DNA from: Phoronis australis
Taxonomy: Eukaryota > Animalia > Phoronida
Direction of reading: 5' to 3'
Length of the DNA stretch: 64,000 nucleotides
Assembly: GCA_002633005.1 (NCBI GenBank)
Contig: NMRA01000067.1
Coordinates: 496,010-560,009, forward strand
The stretch's first letter is position 1. Each line of letters starts with the position of its first letter. The notes under the pieces were generated by a model. The model was not told the origin of the DNA and did no database searches. It saw only the letters and a program-made list of their open reading frames with translations. Below, in pieces: positions 25,001 to 37,000 of the stretch. Both the position numbers and the translations under genes were made by a program.

Positions 25001-28000
25001 AATAGATGTGTAGCTAAATACATAGTCTTGTCCGTATAAGGTTCTATATAATCTCAAAGCAGTTGCAAACCTTTCTTCCAGCACACAATTCAACTATTAG
25101 ACCCCTTAGCATTATGAAATTTGTGTCAGATTGTTCCTTAGTCAGTTAAACTGGAAGTGATTCGAGGACATCGAATTAACTGGCAGATCATTACTGCTTA
25201 AGACCAGGCTGCAAGTAGACACGGCGTTACATTTCCCTGAGAGTGATCTCAAGCAATAAGCTTTCACTGTGGGAAATACCAGGTCTTTGTAAACTCAGAA
25301 ACCATTTCTCACTTCTGTAAGAACAAGCTCGGATAAACTTTATGGCGGCAAGTTTTCTAAATAAAACGTTCAGATTTTGGATGGAACTTGGATTTATAAC
25401 GGCTTTACTAATTAGTCTTTAAATTGAATACGGTCAACATCAAGCATTTTGTAATGGAAACGCCAAGTTTCAATTACATAATATTTTGGAAATCACCCCT
25501 CGGATGTACTAACGTGTCTCTCATGTAAGGGTGTGCGCCTAATTCAGTATATAGGCACATTTTCAAAATGGGCACATGGGACTAAATACGCGCATATACA
25601 ATAAAAATGGGACCGGGATTAGGAACAAAATAAATGCTTCTGAACATAATTTTATTTTCGCTCTTGATATTTAAGTCAAAGGGAATATCGTTGTGAATTT
25701 CTTGGACTGTTTCTTGGAAATGTCTTAGATTTGGCATTATTGTTATAAAACCGAGTTTGGTTTCGAATCAACTGGTAAACTGTGTTTTAAGACACCTTTA
25801 GCAATTAGATATTTTTAAAGAATCATAAATGAAAAAGAAAAATTTTCCCGCCTGCAATCCGATGACGCCGTGTGAGTCTGCTGCCATTTCTTCTTCTGGT
25901 TTATAATCCGAAATATGACGTGTGGCTCCAATACGCATTCCTTTTTGTGACGCAAATTGGTTTGAACCGGCCTGCAAAAGACCCTTACATATACTTGAAT
26001 GGCATAGGATAGAACTAGAGTGTTGGATTATATAGCGAGGTGTCGCGCATCCAAACTGCGAAATCGACTGATAACTCCTCGAATTTCGACGAATGAAAAA
26101 CAAAAAGTGTGATCGCTAACACAACAGGTACAAATAAAATCACCTCCCGCATCTCCCGTGGCGCAGCTCGCCAAAAGTTGGGTGAGGAAACAGAGACAGC
26201 GTGAAGGCAACTGAAGAATTGAGTCTAAATTTTCTATTCTAATGGAAGCTTGAAAGTGGGGTTCTATCTCAAACGTAAGAAATGTACTGATGACGATAGA
26301 TAGGCATAATGTATTGACAAAATATAGAAGTACGCAAGCTGATTTAAAGTGAGATGCGAAAAATGTATGTACGTATATCCAACCTATCTAGTGACATGCG
26401 CAATAAGCACCACGATGATGTTTGAGCAACGTTTACCTGTAGACCAATCACACCCTGGCCTTCCTGAGACATGTCGTCTGCTTTAATGTCGGCAATATGG
26501 CGGCTGGCGCCAAAGGACATGCCCTTCTGCGATGCAAACTGGTTGGTACCTGAAACATTACCAGTCTAAGTTTTTGAATGAGAAGAAAGACACAGAGCAA
26601 AATTGCCATGAAAGACATTTCCAGGACAGTTGCAGTGGAACGAGATGTCTGAGCTTTGAATTTACTGAAAAGTAAAAATTACAACAAAAAAATGTTGATA
26701 TTCGAAAACGTGTGTAGCCTTTATATGCAATTACAAGTAAATTAATCTATCTATGGCAGTAAACATGAACCCATGCATTTCAAACAAGCGTTACCATTAT
26801 CCACTTGTTTAACTATTTTGTCGTGTTATGCCTTTACCAGCAACATAGCCGGTGAAACACACTTTCAGGAAACAAAGAGCAAAATAGGTTATCAGCTGCC
26901 AACAGTAAAGCGAGGTATGAGTTAATGGATGTTACCTTTTCACATTCATCGTTCGCCAGTCTCCGACGTTTCACCAATTTTTAATCAAATGTTTAAGGTA
27001 TCACAGCAATTCTTCCAAGAAAAAGAAATTCCTGTCCAGTTTAACATTGATGGTCTTATATTTAAGTTTCTTTGACGTGTCACTCACTCAAATGAAATTG
27101 TGCATCCACACCAATAAAGAAGTGCTCGAGTACTCACGCGGAAACGTTTAAGCCACCTTTTCTGCTTTAATAACGTGAACTAATTTCTTCATAAACGGAA
27201 ATCCATAGTATGCTTTTTCATTTTTTTTATTTTCAAAAACAGACTAAAGTTAACATAATTTTATTTTCTTTGTAAAGTTTTAGTGATGCCCAGGCAGAAT
27301 TGAATGATATTGTTGTGTGGACTTGCAAAATGGTTCGCTAAAACTCTGACAGGTCTACTACATACATTGGTGTAACTTAGTTCATTTCTTAGAACTTTCC
27401 ATTCACTCACCGCTTTGTAGACTTATTATTCCTTGTCCTGCCCGCATTTTTTCCTCAGAAAAATTGCGTTTGTTTTCCGTCTTAGGTTTAGGCCCAATAA
27501 CGGGACCAGAAAAATTTTGCCGCTGACACTACAATAAAAGCAACAATACCATCGCAATGAATAAAAGCAAAACATAACAAGCTGCAGCCCATCAACTCGG
27601 AACACGTGAAGTGCACGTGCACTTACCCGCCTGAAGACCAATCATACCCTCGCCTGCACGTAGTTGTTCTCGCGAGAACTGACGAACGTTCCTATCAGCT
27701 GGTTTGGGCCCGATGACGGGACCATTAAAACCATTACGCTGACACTAGAATCACAATAATTGTATTTGCCATGGACAACTTGTGACAGTTCCAACAACAA
27801 CCCGGTACAATACAAATCGCACCATCATTCGACCGACAATAGAATGGTTATTATCATTTACAAAGTCATCATTTTGGATACCACCTATAACATCTACTCT
27901 TCTTATTTTCTAGTGTAGCTACCAAGTAATTTTCTCTTTGTTTTGGAAACAAGTCATGACGTTTACTGGTTGCTTCTGGTGGGTCGAAATTCGTTTGAAG

Positions 28001-31000
28001 TACGAATATCGTATTCGGCAAGTAACAGTTGTTTCCTACCTCTGATCCTAGAAGTGTGATTGTGTTGAACACGGCAGGCATGTTGCGATTTTCGAATAAG
28101 TCAACAGTGGGGAACCAGCTTTCGACACCGTAGTTTTCACAAAATTTGGTAAATATTTCAATGTTTTCCATCTGGAATAGAACGAAATATGAAGGTCAGT
28201 TATCAAGGCACGGACATCGTAATAGCGTTGAAGGAGTGCGCACCCTATTTTCAGAAGCACCTAATATATGGAAAAAGTGGGTGATTCACCCTAACTTTTT
28301 ATTGTTCATTATCGCATCTTGATAGTCAGAAAATTCATTGTTTTCTAAGTAAGTTTCTTTGTTTGAAAAATTCACCTCTATGTGTCGATTTAAAGAAATC
28401 CATATTAGGGCTTGTTTGGCCTTTTTCACTAATAGACCAATAAATAAAATTCCTATGAACCTTGGGGATAGCCACTGCCGTTCTATCGGCAATGTTCCTG
28501 TGATTAATCAGTTACGTGTGATATTTTCAAACCTCCCTTCAACCTAAAAACTGGAGGCGCCTAAATAACCCCTCAGACTAAGCGGTATTGGCAGTGGCCT
28601 GATTAAACAACGATAAATCTTGTAAACATCTTGAAGACGTCTCTTCCAATTCACTTCAGCGAAAATGGAAATCAGCGATAAAAACAGAAAGCACAAATTA
28701 CCGCTGTTGGAAACTTTCATTTCCTCTTGACCAGTTCACTGAATTGTAGAAAAACATAATGCGTGACGGCTTATGAGAGCAAACTCCACTTTTCCTATTG
28801 TAAACTGTCTTATTCGTTACGATTGACTTCGTTCAGAAGTAATCAGTTCTACCTCTGAGGTCAACAGGCCTAGTACGAGGCTTATTTCAGAGGTTATGTT
28901 CCCGAAATGGCTTCCGTGTTCAACCTGTTCCCAGTCATATTACTTTCGTTGGATAAAAGGACGAGTTGGCCGTCAACCATTAACAGTTGTCAGTTCTTCC
29001 TAAGCTCGAGAATCACTTCTAAACATATATAGTACAACAACGTTGTTACTTCATAACCTTGGGCCTGATTCATGAAGGAGGCTTAAGATTTAAGGCGGAA
29101 ACTTGGCGTTACGTTCCCACTTCACAGTCGTTGAGAAAATGTTACCCAAGTAATTATGGGCGTATCACACTCTAAAATGATTGGTAGAAATTATCCCAGT
29201 AAGTAACAAATGTCTGTATATTCTCAGAGGCCCTTGGACTTTTGATGAAGTGAGATTTACCTATTTTTCAGAAGTAGTTGTGCGGAGCGTAAAACCAAAT
29301 TTCTGGCTCACGTGTTAAATCAAATTTCATTGATAACAGTAGTCTTCGTTGGACAACAACGTATCCCGAGAATACAGGGGATTGCGGAAAGACACATTTT
29401 CATTAAATTCCATTGATGGAAACAAGTTGTCCCGGGGCTTTCACCTTGATGTAGTTTTTATCTTTTAGATAATTCTATTGGCAGGTTTAAAGAGGCCTGG
29501 AGCGCGATAAACAGACTGAATTGCAATATTGAAAGTGGTTCTCTGCCACAGAAACAGAACTCAACCTGCTCACCAGGTAATTTTCGGGTTTGTTAGTAAA
29601 AATTTTTAATTTATGTTCATGTCAAAGCATTTTTAGTTTCAAATTTTAACAGTCAACTGCTCGCCATTTCGTCGATTTTTCTCCCACAAGACAAAACACG
29701 TCTCCTTATATGGTCAAGACCAATAAACGTAACACAATTCCCTTATATGGAAAATGTGACCTTTGACCTCTAGCGACTTCAAGCAACTGACTGTGAGCCA
29801 CGCACGCATTTCTCATAAACGAGAGGGAGATTAGAAACACTCTGGTAACCACAGACATTTCAAATATCGTGATTTTTGTGGGTTTTTTTCTGGAAATTTC
29901 CTCACAGATGAAAGTGCATTACTCTGTACTTGACGTTGCGAGATGGTACTTTTGGCGAGCTTTTGCGTTCCATGCTTCTGTTTTCGCGGTTTTCACTTTC
30001 TACTGTTACAGACATAGGCGCCTTGTGTTTTAGCAAAGCGTAATACAAATAAGGAAATATGATACAAACGTGTAGTAAATGGCCATGTCATAAAATTACG
30101 TTCTAAGTCTTGGGACCTCGTGGGAAAAAATAATAAAATACTTCTCTTCACACCTCGTCAGTAGAGATACTTGAAAAAATATCATGCCTACAGACATGTA
30201 TTTCAGGAGACTTCTCAACTGTCGGTACAAGCTACAAATATTGAAGTTACGTTACTCACAGTTGTTCAGGGAAAAGAATGTAGGATATATTACATACCTG
30301 TTTAAATGCTACGTTCATGTCGTTTGCTTGCAGCTTCATCCTCGCAGCAGCTGCAGGACAGTTAGGGGTGCCATTCCTCACCGCAGCGGCCAGCCTAGGG
30401 GTCAAGATGAATGGACAGTAGCTTATGAACATGACTTCCGGATGAACAAGATGGACGTGCAGATTTTACGATACGCAATAAGACTTGTCATATAACTGGT
30501 TCGTACGTAAAATATATCTGTACGACTGATCGGTACGTAAGGAGCATCAATAAGATGGAGACGAGAAAAGCCGGTGAATAATATACCTGTTGTTGTTCCT
30601 ACGTGCATCGGGCGTTAACATACGGTGGTATGGAACGAAACAGCTTTAGCAATTAGCATCAAATTGTGCATACAGTGGCATTATGGTAAGTTCAAGCCTT
30701 ATGCACTGCACTCATAGTACAAATCTATGCATATTACGGTCTGCCATAACACAGCTGGCCGACTGGCTCATTGCGCTATTTATGTAGGCACTTCCATATT
30801 CCCAGTCATTCACGTCACATGATCATGCCAGAATGTTAACAAACGCAACATTGTGGGAGACAGTGTGGTTCAGTGGTTTGAGCTCCGGATTCCCGTTTGG
30901 GAGACCCGGTTCGAATCCTGACTTTCCTGGCAGGCAATCGAACATTGCACAAAATTGTCTCCTACTCCTCTGAGCTCAGTTTTACTAGTGAGTGAATGAA

Positions 31001-34000
31001 CTAGGGAAAACCACTTCGGAATACACGACTTCCAGTGTGAAGTGTAAAGAAGAAGAAAAAGGAGCTAATAGGAATGGGCGGCGCAGCACTGAAAAAGTGG
31101 GGCTATAGCTCCAAGCACCCCTGTGGTGCACCACCCATAGACCACGGGAGGCCCAGTACTAAAAAAGTGGGGGTATAGCCCCCTCCCAGCCCCCTATGGT
31201 GCGCCACCCATGTAGGGCCCCGAAGATAATTACTTGACCAGTATTTTTCCATCCTTCAGGTTGCGCTGCACATTTTCAGCCCCTTGTCCAATATCTGCGC
31301 CGGTTAGATCAGCGATCCACTGACGAACCTCTGCTTCAGTAGAAGGGTCATACTTCGCGTTTATCTGAAATGCATTGTATATCGTATAGATAAACGCAAC
31401 ATTATTTTAGCCCTTATGACCCAAGTTGGCGCAACTGAGTGTTCCTAGAACGTCGACCATGCTGAAAAGTGACATAGAGTTCGGCATGTTAACACATTTT
31501 ACAGCAATCTCGAATTTATTTTTGCCGTCACCATAGTTACACAAGTTTGGCTGCGTATTGAAGAAGCTGGAATTAACGGTTGCACTCGATTGACCTCGCG
31601 GGGTCATAATCCCGAAACCGTCGATAAGGAATCAAATCTCTTAACCGATTGACAGCAAAGTGAATCAAACGCATAGAAAAACGTGTGATTTTTTGCATTT
31701 GTCATCTTATCTTGGGAGTTAAAGTGAAATTAAAAATGTGAACGAGCAATTAAACATAACAGTTTACTGAGCCTGGCCCAATTCAGCAACACTGAATTGA
31801 CTGACTCCAATTAATTAAATTTTAGTCCACATAGGTGGGATCCAATGCCGAAATCCAATCTAACAATGTTCTCAGTGGCGGACTTAGAGGGGTGCCAAGG
31901 GGGCCATGACCCCTCCTAAAACTCTCCCAGATTCCACTTGGCAGTTCTGAGGTCCACCACGCCATGCACGACCTCTACCGGAAACGACAATAGTGTAGAA
32001 ACGGTGCACACATCCTCCACATGAATACGATCAAGTAATGTTAAAGTTGGGCACAGCAATCACGTGTAATAACAACGAGTTATGGGTGAGATGTGCATCG
32101 AATAAATCGGAGGCAAGAAGAGTGGGTATTGTGGGTACAGACTTGCTTCGACCGGAAGTTAGCAAGAAGATTTAAATGTAAAATAGAAGAAAAGAGAAAA
32201 GAGGTGCGACAAAGGTGGTAACACATCACTTCAGGTTGACTTACTCGTGTTTTAGTTATATTATATAACTTCTTGAATGCTTCGATATTCTTTGCGGCTA
32301 TCTCCAGTATCCTAAAACGTGACAAACACTGAGCTGGGAGCACAACCGTAATAAACTTCAAAACATAAGTTTTGTGTTTACCATTCAAGAATTAAACAGG
32401 CTCACAAACGTGTCTGTCTACACCTGTTCCGGCAGTTGTGAACGTGGATCAAGCGACATGAGACGATTCCACGCAGTTCGTTGTTCCTAAAACTACTCAC
32501 CTGATTGAATAAGCAGATTGAGTAACTCATAGGAAACTTAAATTCTCGGTTGATGCTTGAATTACTCCTGTATCTGTGACATATATATAAAAGACGAAGT
32601 GCGGGCCTGGATAAATTCCTGTCTGCACACCCCGTTTTGTGTGCGAATTCGTACTATACGACTGTCGTACACTAATCGGAGACTGTACACAGGTGTCCCC
32701 GCATAACTTTTCGAGATAGATGCACAAACACAGTCTAAAAACATTGATTTTTCTCGTGAGACTTCATGAACTACTACGACATAATGCAAATTCTTTCTAC
32801 GCACTCCGATTACCACGTACGTACATCGCATACGACTTTGGCTCGAAAAGTCGTGTCTACACACTTAGAATTACTCGTATGTGACAGTCCTACATGAATA
32901 ATCGGAATGTCTGGAAAGGGTATAAGGAAGGAAACTCAAACACAGTCACGGTGTTTTTGTAGCAGACGTAGGATAAATTCCGCGTGAAATCTTTTGGTGG
33001 TGACGTCAACCACGGTGACTGAGCCATGCGAAAACGAGCTGCTGGCTAGGTGATTCTGGTGACGATGAAGACAACGATGGTAAAACTAAATTTAGCTTAT
33101 CAGATATATCACACAAATGTTCATACCACAATTAAAACATCAATGGGAATATGTGATATAGTTATGTGAATACTAATATTCAGTTGTGTTTATGTGTTCT
33201 CTTTACGCGGCGGCCATTTTTGCTGGTAGGTGTTCCACCAAACCTTCAATTAACCTCAATGACAAACAAGATGAGAAACTTATTCATCGAATATAGTCAT
33301 GAAACCTACGCACGGTAATTTTAAACTGTTTTGTGGTCAACTATGTTGATGTGAAGGCAACTTGGAAATTTAATAGTTATTGGATAAGTTAAGGAGTACT
33401 CCTACACATGAACACTTACTTGCCAGGTTCGAATACAACAATTTGCGTCACATCTTTCTGTCTATCACTCACGCTTGAAGACATTTTTTCAAATCTTCAC
33501 ATTCAACGAAATCCTTCCCAATTACTGTTAAAATACGGTCTAAGAAAATGGTAGCTGAGTAAAAGGAACGAAATGAATTCCGTCAATACCAATCAGGGAG
33601 GCGAAACTGTTATCCGTGTACACGAGCCAAGAAGATGCTCAAGGGAATCTATTTTTAATATAGTGATTCGACCTGGAACCAATTAACACGTAAGAAGTCG
33701 AGGTGTTTCGATATGATGGCCTGGTTGGTGCCCAAGTTTCTTGAACAGAAATGCCAGCGCATGGCGATTGCTTTAGAAATTCTAATTGTCAAAAAGAACT
33801 GCAACTAAAATCCGAAGCCTTGTGATTACCCGCAAATTGCCTGCTTACTCTGGACTGTTTCATTTAATTACATACGATGTAATGATTGTCATCGAGAAGT
33901 AATAAACCTGAAAATTGCGAGTCAGGATTTCATCCGAGTCTGGGTCTGCCGTACTAATCATTTCGTCTTCTCTTTTGTTACGCACTGCCATGCGTCGAGT

Positions 34001-37000
34001 GTTCATTATTATTGTTCCTATATACATGTATAGACATCTAAGATGAATTCATTTTCGGTTTCCGTACTGAATTTAAAAATAGGACTCCGTTCACAGGTAT
34101 GCTAAGCATGACGATTATCATGGTGTAAACCCTCAACATTCTCCATCCATGAGGTAAACGAACACGGCTGTTCCAACATTCAACACCTGTATTTGACGGA
34201 CCAGGAGCCCGTTTTATTAATGGTCGTATTCCCGGTGGTAGCTATGAAGTTCGCAGGCACAAATGCCACGATGTGTTTTCGGCAATAGTAACTTATAAGG
34301 GTCTCTGATTTTGAGAACAAGTTTGGTGCCTGTTGCACAGCACAGAAAACTGGTTCTCAAAATGCGAGACCTCTGCGTTTCCTGTAAGAGCAAGTCGCTT
34401 CTGCTGACATTAACTTGACAATTGTTCAATTAAAGGCTACCCGTCATACTGCGTGATGAACTGCATGTGTGCCCGAACGTAAAAACGCAAATTAGAATGG
34501 GGCCGTCTTCGACCTTAAAAGGGGCTCGAGAAGAAGAGCGACAACTCCCTGAGTCACAATCAGTACCAGATTGTCCATCCAGCTTAGAGCCCCCGCACAA
34601 AACATGGGCCTCGCCTCGAAGGCACAAGAGGTACATGCGCGCATCCAGCCTAAAAAATGGGGGGCTCAAATTTTTGAGAATGTGGACTATTTATTAAGAT
34701 TCACGGGGTACGTTCAGAGCTATGAACTGGGCATTCGCCGAAATTTGGTAGTTCCTGTTTTTTAGTGGACTTTTTGTCTCGTTTTCAACTTTTTTCGGGA
34801 TTTTTATTTCTCTGAGGCGAACTATTTGCCCACTTCGCCACATTGGGGGGACTTCTCGTTCGAGCCCCCCCCCCTCGGGTGCGCGCACTGCGAGGTAGCT
34901 TTGCAATTGTGGCTACAGAGGAATGTTGCTCGGATAGATAAAAGGTTAGGTATGACCAGAGGGTGATGTGGACGAAGGAAAGGGGGTGGAGAACAGTTAA
35001 ATTGATGACGTCAGGGGTTCCAGACTTCTAGCTTAGGGTCCCGATGATGTTGCAAACTAAATTTGGCGAATGAACTTCATGTTATTTTGGAAAAAATCAA
35101 ATGTATTGTACAGACCACGGTACTTAATTGTTCCCCTCTAAAAATAAGCGGCGTTTACTTCCGTCACAATATAGGTATTTGAGCTATCTCTTGCGGTGAG
35201 TGAAAACATGACATGACGGCTATGAATGTAGGATATGGTCAGGGCTGAAAATTACAAGCCGATGCACATAACTATGGAGTTCACGGCAAACAGGCTATGA
35301 CGCAAAATTTAACTAAAAAAGTGAATTCCGTAACGAGAAACAATTTCAAGTTTATTACGTTAGTGCCTTAAAATTAAGTTTAGAACGCCATACCTGCACC
35401 CATCTCCGTCTATATATAGTAAAGTGTACGCTGTCAATTAACGTGCGTTTTTGACATAGTTACATATATCTAGTCCGACAGTAATGAACATCTTTGTCAT
35501 GGCATCACTTCCTCGTCGGTACCGTGTTAGTTCACATAGTTTGGAGATGTTGTACAGCAAACGTGTTCTATAATGAGTGCATTATATTCTCTTGCGTTTA
35601 AAGTCATCTGGTAATTTGTCCAAGCTGGGTGCTGATTAAGTCAAGATAGCGGCCGAGATCACTGCAAACGGGCGAAACTGTAAGCAAATGCGAAGGCCAC
35701 CAACTATGCACGACTTGTCAAAAATGATTCGGCAATAAAAGGGCTTAATTTAGAAATTCACTCTGTGCAAACGATAAAATACAATCGTTATGACACCAAA
35801 CACGTTTTCAGTGGATTTGCTGAAAACCGTCAAAATTTGAGATTTTAATAAGAACTTTTTCACGCATGTTTCATCAATTTTTCAGTTTTACGAGCCGAGG
35901 CAATATAATGAGCACGTGGGAAGCCAGCTTTTGAAGGAGGCAAAGGTTAGCATTAAGAGGATAATGCGGAAAAGGTGTTTGAAACTGGGGGATGGGGGTG
36001 AGGAGAGGGCGAGATTTTGAACATGAAGATAACGGTGGCCGTGGATGTAGGTGAACCTGACAGTGAAGAAGGTGAAATTAAAGGTAATCAGGGGTGAAGG
36101 CTGAATTGCGTAAGGTGGTTAGTATTTGAGTATTGCCGACCCATGCACACGAATAGTCTAAATAATTCCAGTATTTACTCAAATATAGTTTATCTCGTCG
36201 GTTATATGTAACTGTTGGATGAAAACTGTAACCCCAACGCACTCACCCCCTGTCCCCATGATCTGAGTTGTCGTCCCTTGGATGTTCTGCGCTTGCGCAC
36301 ATCTCACGTGTAAAGATCATGCGCCACGCAGAAATGCCAGTTCATCTTTAAAGAATGTTGTTAATTACAGACGCACATTTCATTAAGTTCTTATGCAAAT
36401 CGACATTTCCAAAAATTAGCCGACACCTTGAGCGAGTCTGTGATACGTATAGTGTAACATATGTTCTTCATTTCATAATATCAGTTTCTTTTCGCGGCGT
36501 GTAACACTGACAGTCTGACCAATTATGAGAAATTTTAGGAACGAGCTCTTTGGGGTCAGTTGTTTTCACAAGTTAACGTTTGTTTACTGAAACCAGACGA
36601 AATATTTGTAAGAATCCCCTGCATCAGTGTTCAGTCGTATAGGAGCCCAGTAAAATAACCGTGGGCAGGAATACTTACGCAAGTGGCGTGTGCGTGACGA
36701 CGTGCCGCTTATAGATGGGTGTTAGTTTTCACGGCTGCATGATTCCTGTTCCGACTAAATTCCTTACTTACAAAGGGTTTTTGGGACGGGTGTGGGCTCC
36801 AGTCAAGACTGTTTCCCTCAAGTCACCAACGCACTCTTTGGTCAGTAGCCATAAAGTGCAAGACTACTCCCTGTAATCTATATATACACGCGCGTACCCG
36901 CAACTACAATTTATGACTTTTTTTGCCAAACGCTCGATCCAACCGGATCAGACAAATGTCTCTCCTTGCGCCCAATGAGTGTAACAAAAAACGAAGCCGT

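Noticed and set aside
29445-29515. Possible extra calponin exon with an AG acceptor and GTGAAA donor
   Set aside because: It has a stop codon in the frame tested and no calponin similarity. Exon 30394-30298 already joins 28171 correctly.
30856-30935. Possible tRNA gene
   Set aside because: A and B boxes are present, but the acceptor and T stems do not pair and a body and tail follow, so it is better explained as a SINE head.
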